Shown here one piece after another: positions 57,011 through 64,000 of a DNA stretch of 64,000 nt. The notes beneath the pieces were generated by a model, which saw only the letters and a program-made list of their open reading frames with translations, searched no databases and was not told the DNA's origin. Each line of letters starts with the position of its first letter. Position 1 is the stretch's first letter. The translations under genes were made by a program, and so were the position numbers. This stretch comes from a virus. The DNA lies in the IMG/VR virus record IMGVR_UViG_3300021368_000007, positions 6,346 through 70,345 of that record; one strand, 5' to 3'.

Positions 57011-57643
57011 TTATAGACTCCATGCTTCGGTGATAATTGGGAACTGCTCTGCAAAAATGCGTTTGCATTCCAGGGCAATGTCCATGTGTTCTTTCTGTGT
57101 ACCATTTGCAGATCGCAGATCTATATAGTGCATCCAACTGCGAAGATTGCCTGTCATAAAGAGACGAGTAGGAACAGCAAGAGGAAGCACAAAACGGGCA
57201 CACTCTTTAGCAATCCCTTGGCGAAGAAGCTCGTTATAGAGATCAAGGCTCTCAGTAAAATGTCTCTGAATCTGCCCCTGTAGTACAGACTTCTTTTCGG
57301 GGCTGATATCATCCACTGAATTTTGTCTATTCTTGTGATCCTGAGATCGAAGATCTGGGATAGGAATCTCTTGGGAGAGAAGGTTTGTGTCTGCATAGCG
57401 TTGCGAAAACTCTTGGAAAGTAAAGCTACGATGACGGAGGATTTGAGCCGCGATGCCGCGTGTTGTATTAATTTCGAGAGTCATATGTGCTTGCTCGAAC
57501 ACCGACCAGTGTCCATGTTTGATGCAATATGACAGAAGCTTTGCGTAGTTAGGGTTCTCCTGGTTTGCTGGGTTGCTTACGCGAGCGATGTAAGCAATGG
57601 TTTTCTCAGCATCAGGAGTAACAGAAATCAGATTGATGTTCAT
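57011..57643 (-). CDS. thyX: FAD-dependent thymidylate synthase
   Basis: ARVSNP, HWSVFE, QILRHRSFTFQEFSQRY, ARFVLP. Confidence 0.97.
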   Translation of the reverse strand: MNINLISVTPDAEKTIAYIARVSNPANQENPNYAKLLSYCIKHGHWSVFEQAHMTLEINTTRGIAAQILRHRSFTFQEFSQRYADTNLLSQEIPIPDLRSQDHKNRQNSVDDISPEKKSVLQGQIQRHFTESLDLYNELLRQGIAKECARFVLPLAVPTRLFMTGNLRSWMHYIDLRSANGTQKEHMDIALECKRIFAEQFPIITEAWSL

Positions 57644-57831
57644 TAACAGGGATCACACTCTTGGTTTTTATATGCTTTGCGAACTTTCTTCAGGTCTTTC
57701 AGTTCGTCTTTGATTTGTTGATAGGCATCTTCTGGGGAGATTCTTCTAGACATCTCCATAGCAGTGATGACTTCAACTCTGGTGCCAAAATGTTTTAGTG
57801 CTTCTTCAAAGCAGTTTAGTTCTTCGTACAT
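57643..57831 (-). CDS. cyanophage-type hypothetical protein
   Basis: MYEELNCFEEALKHFGTRVE. Confidence 0.7.
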   Translation of the reverse strand: MYEELNCFEEALKHFGTRVEVITAMEMSRRISPEDAYQQIKDELKDLKKVRKAYKNQECDPC

Positions 57832-57992
57832 CAGTCGGGGTCTCCATCGTCATCATATTGTTCTCCATATTTATATTTCTCATCAACAGAATGGTCTAGA
57901 TACGATTGAGTGTCGGCATAAACCTCAGTCTTTAAGGACTCTACAAGCAGTTCAAGGTTTTTTACAATGAGCTTCAGTCTATTCTTCTCCAT
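57831..57992 (-). CDS. cyanophage-type hypothetical protein
   Basis: MEKNRLKLIVKNLELLVESLKTEVYAD...YDDDGDPD. Start placed downstream of the promoter. Confidence 0.7.
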   Translation of the reverse strand: MEKNRLKLIVKNLELLVESLKTEVYADTQSYLDHSVDEKYKYGEQYDDDGDPD

Positions 57993-58014
57993 AGATTCAC
58001 AGAATAATATGGTC

Positions 58015-58050
58015 ATTATAAGATAAAAAAAGGGGCATGTCAAGTGCCCC
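58015..58050 (-). promoter_or_regulatory. consensus sigma70 promoter fused to an intrinsic terminator
   Basis: GGGGCA-CTTGACA-TGCCCC-TTTTTTT hairpin, which also reads TTGACA-17-TATAAT. Confidence 0.85.
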
Positions 58051-58207
58051 TATCATTCACATTCCAGAAAGAAAGTCCAAGTGACTTGAGATTAACCCAC
58101 TTGGCGTAGTGTACACCACGATACGTTAGGAACGCAAAAGTTCTTTCTGGATCGTGTTTATCAGGGTCATATTCTGGAAGATCATACTCAATTCTGATCT
58201 TCAGCAT
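58040..58207 (-). CDS. DUF4278-like small protein (55 aa)
   Basis: Translated by hand: MLKIRIEYDLPEYDPDKHDPERTFAFLTYRGVHYAKWVNLKSLGLSFWNVNDRGT, with the LTYRGVxY motif. Confidence 0.7.
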   Translation of the reverse strand: MLKIRIEYDLPEYDPDKHDPERTFAFLTYRGVHYAKWVNLKSLGLSFWNVNDRGT

Positions 58208-58209
58208 AA

Positions 58210-58305
58210 TTACCCCTTCTTCAGTAGAAGAAGTTCACTATAGATCATGCCAATGAAAGCAACACATGCTAGGGATGTGAATCCAACTACTTGTAGTGTT
58301 TGCAT
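58210..58305 (-). CDS. 31-aa hydrophobic (membrane) peptide
   Basis: Translated by hand: MQTLQVVGFTSLACVAFIGMIYSELLLLKKG. Fits exactly between two ORFs. Confidence 0.55.
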   Translation of the reverse strand: MQTLQVVGFTSLACVAFIGMIYSELLLLKKG

Positions 58306-58310
58306 GGCGA

Positions 58311-58478
58311 TCACTTAGCGTAAGATGTGCCACGATAGCAGAAGACACCACGGGTATCTTTTGCTTCCACGCACTTAGTATCATACTTCACACCACGATA
58401 GGTAGTGTGAGTGATCTGAGCATCGTGAAGGGCAGCAGCTTTGTTGATCTGCTTGCGAATGAGATTGAGTGTGTTCAT
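58311..58478 (-). CDS. DUF4278 'downstream peptide' (55 aa)
   Basis: Translated by hand: MNTLNLIRKQINKAAALHDAQITHTTYRGVKYDTKCVEAKDTRGVFCYRGTSYAK. Two YRGxxY motifs and an AGGAG RBS. Confidence 0.8.
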   Translation of the reverse strand: MNTLNLIRKQINKAAALHDAQITHTTYRGVKYDTKCVEAKDTRGVFCYRGTSYAK

Positions 58479-58519
58479 TGTAGGTCTCCTAAAGGATGAG
58501 GTTTTTAATCCCCGTTCCT

Positions 58520-58690
58520 TCAGTCGTTTGCGTCCCAGTAGAACTCACACTCGGGTGCCGATTCCCTTACGGTCTCTACCAATTCAATAACTACATGTGG
58601 AGGTAGTTCTGACTGGTTCTTAGAGATTCTTAGCATTAAAGCATCAGCATCTCTGCAACTGAGTGTTGTATACAATAAGAGTTCTACCAT
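58520..58690 (-). CDS. 56-aa protein nested in riboswitch unit 2
   Basis: Translated by hand: MVELLLYTTLSCRDADALMLRISKNQSELPPHVVIELVETVRESAPECEFYWDAND. GGAG upstream; Cys12 and Cys48. Confidence 0.7.
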   Translation of the reverse strand: MVELLLYTTLSCRDADALMLRISKNQSELPPHVVIELVETVRESAPECEFYWDAND

Positions 58691-58725
58691 GGGATGAACG
58701 CTCCGTTCCGCGACTTACTTGCGTC

Positions 58726-58926
58726 TTATACTAGGGTCTGTTCACATTGACCTTCTACTTTCGATCTAAAATAACCTAGTAGATTATATTTAGAACGTCG
58801 ATCCAAATTGTCATCCATAAGGATTTCAATTCGTTTCTGTAAGAACCTTTCACACGACATGTGCCACCCATAAGGTGAGTCGTCGGCATGATGGGCAAGG
58901 GTCAATGCCAGCAGAACGCTGAGCAT
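58726..58926 (-). CDS. 66-aa protein nested in riboswitch unit 1
   Basis: In the ORF track. Hydrophobic signal-like N-terminus; Cys25 and Cys61. Confidence 0.7.
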   Translation of the reverse strand: MLSVLLALTLAHHADDSPYGWHMSCERFLQKRIEILMDDNLDRRSKYNLLGYFRSKVEGQCEQTLV

Positions 58927-58946
58927 AAGATGAACGACTGGTATAC

Positions 58947-58992
58947 ATTATACCATAGTATGTATGAGATGTCTATTGTATCATGTGATACA
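58947..58992 (-). promoter_or_regulatory. NtcA box adjacent to a sigma70 promoter
   Basis: TGTATCA-CA-TGATACA (GTA-N8-TAC, 58977-58992) immediately upstream of TAGACA-17-TATAAT. Confidence 0.8.
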
Positions 58993-58997
58993 ATTTA

Positions 58998-59327
58998 TTA
59001 TCTCTTAATGTGTTGAATGTCGTGCTCAAGTGCTGACAACTGACATCTAATGATATCACATGCCAACTTTGCATTACGGAAATCACCACAGGTATAAACA
59101 TCACACGCTGCTTTACCTTCTTCTGGCCAAGTGTGGATACTGATGTGACTCTCTGCCAACATCAAAATACACGTTACTCCTTGTGGAGAAAACTTGTGGG
59201 ATGCGACATTCAACACAGTCATTTTAGCACAATACGCTGCGCTGTCAAGCAACTCTCTTATAAAATCTTCGTCGTCTAACTTCTGTTCATCACAACCATA
59301 AAGGTTTAACAAATAGTGGTCGCCCAT
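58998..59327 (-). CDS. speD: S-adenosylmethionine decarboxylase proenzyme
   Basis: HKFSPQGVT...LAESHISIHTWPE...DVYTCG, including the E|S self-cleavage site. Confidence 0.95.
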   Translation of the reverse strand: MGDHYLLNLYGCDEQKLDDEDFIRELLDSAAYCAKMTVLNVASHKFSPQGVTCILMLAESHISIHTWPEEGKAACDVYTCGDFRNAKLACDIIRCQLSALEHDIQHIKR

Positions 59328-59590
59328 TACATCAACCAGAACGAATCGTTTCTACCTAAATTACACTTTCTAATTTTAATATCATATCCATTTTCTTGGA
59401 ACCACTTAGCATCAGGGAATGCCTTCTTCAGATTAGAATAAAAATATACTTCCGAGTAATACTTGGCAGATACCACAACACCATTGGTATTAATGCGTCG
59501 CATTACTTTTGGATTGGCAGCATCTCCATGCTTCCAATACTGAATACAAAAAGTATTTTGTGTACTACTTGGTTGACCTGTTGTGCTCAT
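59327..59590 (-). CDS. hypothetical protein
   Basis: ORF coupled to both neighbours (TAATG / ATGA). Confidence 0.6.
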   Translation of the reverse strand: MSTTGQPSSTQNTFCIQYWKHGDAANPKVMRRINTNGVVVSAKYYSEVYFYSNLKKAFPDAKWFQENGYDIKIRKCNLGRNDSFWLM

Positions 59591-59835
59591 TTTTTCGGTG
59601 GGTTCCAAAGTTTAGGATTAACACGACCTTCAGTTTGTGTCATCTTAATGAGGTCATGTCGATATTTATCCCAATAATCATCAAAAATATCTACTTGCTT
59701 TGCGGCTGTAACAATGTCAAAATGTGTCATGCCGTCCTGCAAATACTCTACCATGTAAGCAGTATATGGCAGAGATTTATCTTGTGCAAGAGACGGATCG
59801 CAGTCGGAGTGAAGAAGTTTACAACCTTTCCCCAT
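59587..59835 (-). CDS. cyanophage-type hypothetical protein
   Basis: DCDPSLAQDKSLPYTAYMVEY...DIFDDYWDKY...GRVNPKLW. Confidence 0.75.
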   Translation of the reverse strand: MGKGCKLLHSDCDPSLAQDKSLPYTAYMVEYLQDGMTHFDIVTAAKQVDIFDDYWDKYRHDLIKMTQTEGRVNPKLWNPPKK

Positions 59836-60269
59836 CAGGAACGACCTCCCCACTTGATCTGAGGAAATGCTTCCTCTACACAAGCACGGGTAATCTTGTA
59901 TTTCTTTTGTAGTGCCTTGTCCTTAACCAAAACTAGAAGGTTTGCTTCCTCCTCACACAGACCCTCTAGCATTTGAATGAAGAGGTTCTCACGCTGTGCC
60001 TGCTTCAGTCCGTTGTTGCCACCCTTGAAGAACAAGTACAGGCGACGGAACTCTTTCTCCAGAACGCTGTGGTCGGTGCCCTTAGGAGCATCGTTAGGGG
60101 TGAAGGGAACATCACCCTCAGGAATCATAGAGACAACACTCTCATCGTAATTAGCGATCAAGATAGAGCGAAGAGCAGGAGTGTTGTGCTGCTGCAGCAG
60201 TTTAATTTTCTGTGCCTTTGTCTTCGCATTGCTCACTTTTTGGAGCACTTCAGAAATAAGGAGTTTCAT
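59835..60269 (-). CDS. T4-like phage hypothetical protein
   Basis: LLISEVLQKVSNAKTK...PEGDVPF...RENLFIQMLEGL...VKDK. Confidence 0.8.
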   Translation of the reverse strand: MKLLISEVLQKVSNAKTKAQKIKLLQQHNTPALRSILIANYDESVVSMIPEGDVPFTPNDAPKGTDHSVLEKEFRRLYLFFKGGNNGLKQAQRENLFIQMLEGLCEEEANLLVLVKDKALQKKYKITRACVEEAFPQIKWGGRS

Positions 60270-61129
60270 TTTTTAAAAGGTGTTGAATTGCGGAAGAAGT
60301 ATTCTTGCATCAAATCATTTAACTGATGCTCTTGGAAGTATTCCAAAGGGATTTGTTTCCCTGTAATATTTATCGAGTTAAATTCATCAAGGATTTGCTG
60401 CTCGATTTCTTCAGGAACATAATCAAAGTCAATCAGTTTACGATTACGATGAAAGTTTGCTAGTTGAGCTTCGTTGATACAGAACTTAGATGGTTCTTGA
60501 TCAACCCACTTAGCAAGATTCTTCTGACTGATTGGTTTCTGTCTTACACCAGCAACAAAACAATCATCTGGTGATAAGAAATTAGGAATGCCATCTGACT
60601 TATCACCCTTGATTACATGTTCTTTGATGTATGCTCGGGGATTGTCGTAGGCAATATACTTCTTAGTCACAGGATTGTACTGGTAAATACCAGGATACTT
60701 CTGTAGTTGAATGAAGTCTTTGTCGCCTGATAGAATTAGTATTAGTTCTTTCGGACCTTTGTTTTTACACAGGGTAGAGATAACATCGTCTGCCTCTGCG
60801 CCAAGAACTTCTACTACTTTGTATGGAAAATAAGTTTTGATCTCATCTCGAATCTTATTCAGGAGATCAAAGATAGCAGACCAGTCATGACCTGACTTCT
60901 CTCTATCTTTCTTTCTATTCTGTTTGTAGTACGGGAAGTATTGCTTTCTCCAGTATTGTTTGGAGTCATAGGCGAGAACCATCTCGCCATATTTCTCCCC
61001 GTACTTTTGTTCATATGATCTAAGTGAAGAGAGAACCATGTGTCTAACAAGTTTCTCATTCAACTTATCATTTTTCAACTGCGCCATCAGATTACTAATC
61101 ATAATCTGATTCATGTCAATGATAATCAT
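60266..61129 (-). CDS. rnh: T4-type RNase H (5'-3' exonuclease)
   Basis: IIDMNQ...YWRK..FPYYK..RK...EADDVI...SGDKDFIQL...GDKSDGIPN. Confidence 0.95.
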   Translation of the reverse strand: MIIIDMNQIMISNLMAQLKNDKLNEKLVRHMVLSSLRSYEQKYGEKYGEMVLAYDSKQYWRKQYFPYYKQNRKKDREKSGHDWSAIFDLLNKIRDEIKTYFPYKVVEVLGAEADDVISTLCKNKGPKELILILSGDKDFIQLQKYPGIYQYNPVTKKYIAYDNPRAYIKEHVIKGDKSDGIPNFLSPDDCFVAGVRQKPISQKNLAKWVDQEPSKFCINEAQLANFHRNRKLIDFDYVPEEIEQQILDEFNSINITGKQIPLEYFQEHQLNDLMQEYFFRNSTPFKK

Positions 61130-61340
61130 CCTCCTCCTCGTCTACAAAACGTACTGATAATAGTTCTTCGTTAATCCACACTCCATCGGAGTCATACATC
61201 TCGGGATGTCCTCCTTGTTCTTCTCCTTTAGAAACTAACTGATATACTATATCATTAATGTGCCAACCTGCAATGATTCCAACAACCATTGATAAAAAAA
61301 CAAAGACACCTGAGAAAAAAAGAATGACTGATGTTTGCAT
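61116..61340 (-). CDS. small membrane protein
   Basis: N-terminal TM helix followed by HPEMYDSDG...LLSVRF. Confidence 0.7.
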   Translation of the reverse strand: MQTSVILFFSGVFVFLSMVVGIIAGWHINDIVYQLVSKGEEQGGHPEMYDSDGVWINEELLSVRFVDEEEDDYH

Positions 61341-61343
61341 AAC

Positions 61344-61526
61344 CTACTCCTTGGGTTTCTTCTCCCAAGAGAGTTCCAATTTGAAATGGAATGTTCTGCT
61401 CAGGAGAGTTATCTTTTGACTAATTGAAACACCACTTGTTTTTGGCGTCGTTAATCTATCTCTCCTGAGCATGAGCTCTGTGCCTTTATTTATCTGTAAA
61501 CCATCATTATTTTCTGGATGAGACAA
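61344..61526 (-). CDS. hypothetical protein
   Basis: INKGTELMLRR...FHFKLELS. Start uncertain. Confidence 0.55.
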   Translation of the reverse strand: MSHPENNDGLQINKGTELMLRRDRLTTPKTSGVSISQKITLLSRTFHFKLELSWEKKPKE

Positions 61527-61755
61527 GACCTTTTACCACAAACATTTTAGCAGTCTCGACCAGACCACCAATAACTTCTCCATCAATTACAACATAAGGA
61601 AACGTAGTTGCCTCAGGATACTTAGATGAAAATTCTTCTTTAAGTTCTACAGAATTAATCAGAACTTCTTCATACTCTTGGTCTGCACGTACCATCAGCT
61701 CTTTAAGTTGAGTGCAATACTTACAACCAGGCATGGTGTAGATAGTAATGTCCAT
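61507..61755 (-). CDS. nrdC: glutaredoxin
   Basis: IYTMPGCKYC...TFPYVVIDGEVIGG. Confidence 0.9.
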   Translation of the reverse strand: MDITIYTMPGCKYCTQLKELMVRADQEYEEVLINSVELKEEFSSKYPEATTFPYVVIDGEVIGGLVETAKMFVVKGLVSSRK

Positions 61756-62312
61756 TAGAAATTGTTGTAGATGTATCCAGTCATAATTGTCAAGTCGTTA
61801 CTCTTAGGAGTATTGACACGATAAGGGAAAAGATAATTACATGGGAACATAAGAACCTTTCCCTTCTCTGGTTTAACTTTGAGTCCAGAATATTCAAACT
61901 CAAACTCGCCGCCTTCTTCCACGTCATTGAGGAAGAGGACCCATGCGACCATTCTATTATAGGTCTCTTTTGTATCTGTGTCAATATGGGTATAGGTATA
62001 ATCTTCATCCTTAGTATACTGCTTCCAGATATAGTCTCTAGAAACTAGATTGTCATACTGCCATGGCATTGACTTGGTTTCAATCATGAAGAAATTAATG
62101 CTATCACTAATCATGTCGAACGTCTTGGTTGCGAGATCATGATCCTTAGGAATAGGACACTCTTCTGGATCAGTTGCTACTGGACCCTTCATCCATCCAG
62201 GTTGACTGGTAGCAAACTTACTAAGGTCAGACATGTATGGTTCAACGAAATTATATTCGTCTTCATCAACCATATTCTTTTGCCAAACAAATTCACTAAG
62301 ATGCATATTCAT
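61755..62312 (-). CDS. 2OG-Fe(II) oxygenase-like protein
   Basis: HID...LFLNDVEEGGEFEF...PEKGKVLMFP. The distal His position reads Tyr (FPYRV). Confidence 0.75.
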   Translation of the reverse strand: MNMHLSEFVWQKNMVDEDEYNFVEPYMSDLSKFATSQPGWMKGPVATDPEECPIPKDHDLATKTFDMISDSINFFMIETKSMPWQYDNLVSRDYIWKQYTKDEDYTYTHIDTDTKETYNRMVAWVLFLNDVEEGGEFEFEYSGLKVKPEKGKVLMFPCNYLFPYRVNTPKSNDLTIMTGYIYNNF

Positions 62313-62583
62313 TAAAAACTCTACGAATGTTTTGAGTAATCTTCATACCACCAATGTACTCATCGACTTTCTCTTCAAAGTCATTAGTGATTACAAGAAC
62401 AGGGGTTGCAGTGACTTTATATTGTTTTGCCAATGCAAGATTTTCTTCTGGAATGGGCACGTCACTGAAGTCATCAAGGTCAACCTTGACAATTTGTTCA
62501 GCACGAGGATCTTTAATTGCTTTGATATATTTTTCTACTAGTCCACAAGGACCACATGATTCTTTCGTGAAAAGATAAATCAT
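62296..62583 (-). CDS. thioredoxin/glutaredoxin-like protein
   Basis: LFTKESCGPC active site and VTATPVLV cis-Pro motif. Confidence 0.85.
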   Translation of the reverse strand: MIYLFTKESCGPCGLVEKYIKAIKDPRAEQIVKVDLDDFSDVPIPEENLALAKQYKVTATPVLVITNDFEEKVDEYIGGMKITQNIRRVFNEYAS

Positions 62584-63152
62584 ACTGGTTTAGGGCGAAG
62601 TTCGTTATTGGTGTCGTCCTTTTTACCAGGACGATTGAATGATACATTACCTGCAACGACAATACGATTGCCGTCAACTTGTGCTTTCTCTACACCATGC
62701 AGTGCCCAAGAAGGAAAGCAAAAGATATCACCTGTTTCTTGTTTGGGATATAGTTTCTGCCCACGCGAGTTGATGAAGAAGAAACTACGAGGTTGGTCTG
62801 GTAGTGCCTTGATCACATGAACCCATGAGATGAATGCTCCTTGTCCATGATGATCGTGGATGCGATGGGAATCTGTATCTTTGTTATTCATTTGAACCCA
62901 GATACTATTAGGTTCTACCTTGTAGTTAAGATACCCATGAACACCAACGTTCTTCATCATCTCTTTAGTCTGTTTCATGTAGAACGAACGGATATATTTT
63001 CCTAGTTCTTCATCTAAAGAGTTACCAAAACAATCCTTATCGTTATATGTAGTAAAGAAAAATCTATCGTCCTGGTGGTTCTTCAAGATACTTTCTTCGA
63101 GACGTTGTACAAAATCCTCGCTATGCTGAATGTTTTCTGTCCAAAGGATCAT
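62580..63152 (-). CDS. 2OG-Fe(II) oxygenase (TIGR02466-like)
   Basis: HRIHDH...ISWVH...GDIFCFPSWALHGV...RIVVAGN. Confidence 0.8.
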   Translation of the reverse strand: MILWTENIQHSEDFVQRLEESILKNHQDDRFFFTTYNDKDCFGNSLDEELGKYIRSFYMKQTKEMMKNVGVHGYLNYKVEPNSIWVQMNNKDTDSHRIHDHHGQGAFISWVHVIKALPDQPRSFFFINSRGQKLYPKQETGDIFCFPSWALHGVEKAQVDGNRIVVAGNVSFNRPGKKDDTNNELRPKPV

Positions 63153-63176
63153 AAAAAAGAGGGTCCGAAGACCCTC
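63153..63176 (-). terminator. intrinsic terminator after psbD
   Basis: GAGGGTC-TTCG-GACCCTC-TTTTTT, with a cUUCGg tetraloop. Confidence 0.9.
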
Positions 63177-63182
63177 AGTATA

Positions 63183-64000
63183 TCACAGAGCGTTGCCTCT
63201 TGGCAAGACTTCTTCAGGGAATACAAATGATTCATGTGGTTGATCCACTGGTGCCATCCAGGCACGTAGACCTTCATTCAATAGAATGTTTTTCGTGTAG
63301 AAGGTCTCGAACTCTGGATCTTCTGCTGCTCTTAGTTCTTGTGAAACAAAATCATAAGCACGAAGATTGAGAGCAAGACCAATAATACCGATGGAAGCTG
63401 TCCAAAGACCCATAACAGGAACAAAGAGCATAAAGAAATGGAGCCAACGCTTATTACTAAACGCGATACCAAAGATCTGAGACCAGAAACGGTTGGCAGT
63501 GACCATAGAATAGGTCTCTTCTTCTTGTGTGGGTTCAAATCCTTTGAACGTGTTTGCTCCATCACCATCTTGATACAAAGTGTTCTCTACAGTCACTCCA
63601 TGAATAGCAGACAGGAGTGCTCCTCCCAGTATACCAGCAACTCCCATCATATGGAAGGGATTCAAGGTCCAGTTGTGGAAACCTTGGAGGAAGAGGAGGA
63701 ATCGGAAGATTGCTGCGACCCCAAAAGATGGAGCGAAAAACCAACTCGATTGACCCAGAGGGTAGATGAGAAAGACACTAACAAAAACAGCGATAGGACC
63801 AGAGAACGCAATAGCATTGTAGGGACGGATGCCAACTAGACGACTAATCTCAAACTGCCTCAGCATGAACCCAATCAGGGCGAAGGCACCGTGGAGCGCC
63901 ACAAAATTCCAGAGTCCCCCAAGTTGGATCCAGCGTTGGAAATCCCCCTGAGACTCAGGACCCCAAAGTAGAAGAAGAGAATGACCCATAGCGTCAGCAG
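63183..64000 (-). CDS. psbD: photosystem II D2 protein (5' end outside the window)
   Basis: [11 protein letters not shown]...[16 protein letters not shown]...[10 protein letters not shown]. Confidence 0.98.
   Translation of the reverse strand, partial: ADAMGHSLLLLWGPESQGDFQRWIQLGGLWNFVALHGAFALIGFMLRQFEISRLVGIRPYNAIAFSGPIAVFVSVFLIYPLGQSSWFFAPSFGVAAIFRFLLFLQGFHNWTLNPFHMMGVAGILGGALLSAIHGVTVENTLYQDGDGANTFKGFEPTQEEETYSMVTANRFWSQIFGIAFSNKRWLHFFMLFVPVMGLWTASIGIIGLALNLRAYDFVSQELRAAEDPEFETFYTKNILLNEGLRAWMAPVDQPHESFVFPEEVLPRGNAL

Larger units (their letters stand above)
58511..58938 (-). ncRNA. tandem glutamine riboswitch-like RNA (glnA / Downstream-peptide type) with ORF-sized loops
   Basis: Two units, CGTTCATC-[stem]-GACGCAAGTAAGTCGCGGAACGG and CGTTCATC-[stem]-GACGCAAACGACTGAAGGAACGG, directly upstream of a DUF4278 peptide. 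Confidence 0.75.

Noticed and set aside
63183-64000. Intron or homing endonuclease associated with psbD
   Set aside because: The visible part of psbD is uninterrupted and is followed directly by a terminator and an oxygenase gene.

Overview
A 64-kb segment of a marine T4-like cyanophage (cyanomyovirus), probably infecting Synechococcus (it carries psbD, cpeT, pstS and tRNAs). Almost everything is on the minus strand. From left to right: an early region (DNA adenine methyltransferase, GIY-YIG nuclease, SF2 helicase, small ORFs); 2OG-Fe(II) oxygenases; a tail-fibre/baseplate region with three paralogues sharing a C-terminal domain and a 4316-aa virion protein; a tRNA cluster (Thr, Ala, Asn, Leu) containing an unexplained CCA-ended structured RNA; cpeT and more oxygenases; the baseplate hub module (gp5, gp26, gp51, two lysin-domain proteins); a plus-strand block gp4-gp2-gp48-gp53; pstS with a Pho-box-like promoter; gp32, gp33, exonuclease, phoH, thyX, speD, RNase H, glutaredoxins and the 3' part of psbD. 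The most striking feature is at 58040-58992: an NtcA-box promoter drives a tandem glutamine-riboswitch-like RNA whose two variable stem-loops each enclose a small ORF (two related Cys-x35-Cys proteins), followed by DUF4278-like peptides. Also notable are a 56-bp non-coding element present three times about 7 kb apart, and -35 boxes sitting inside hairpin loops. All family calls come from motif recognition by eye; no database searches were run.
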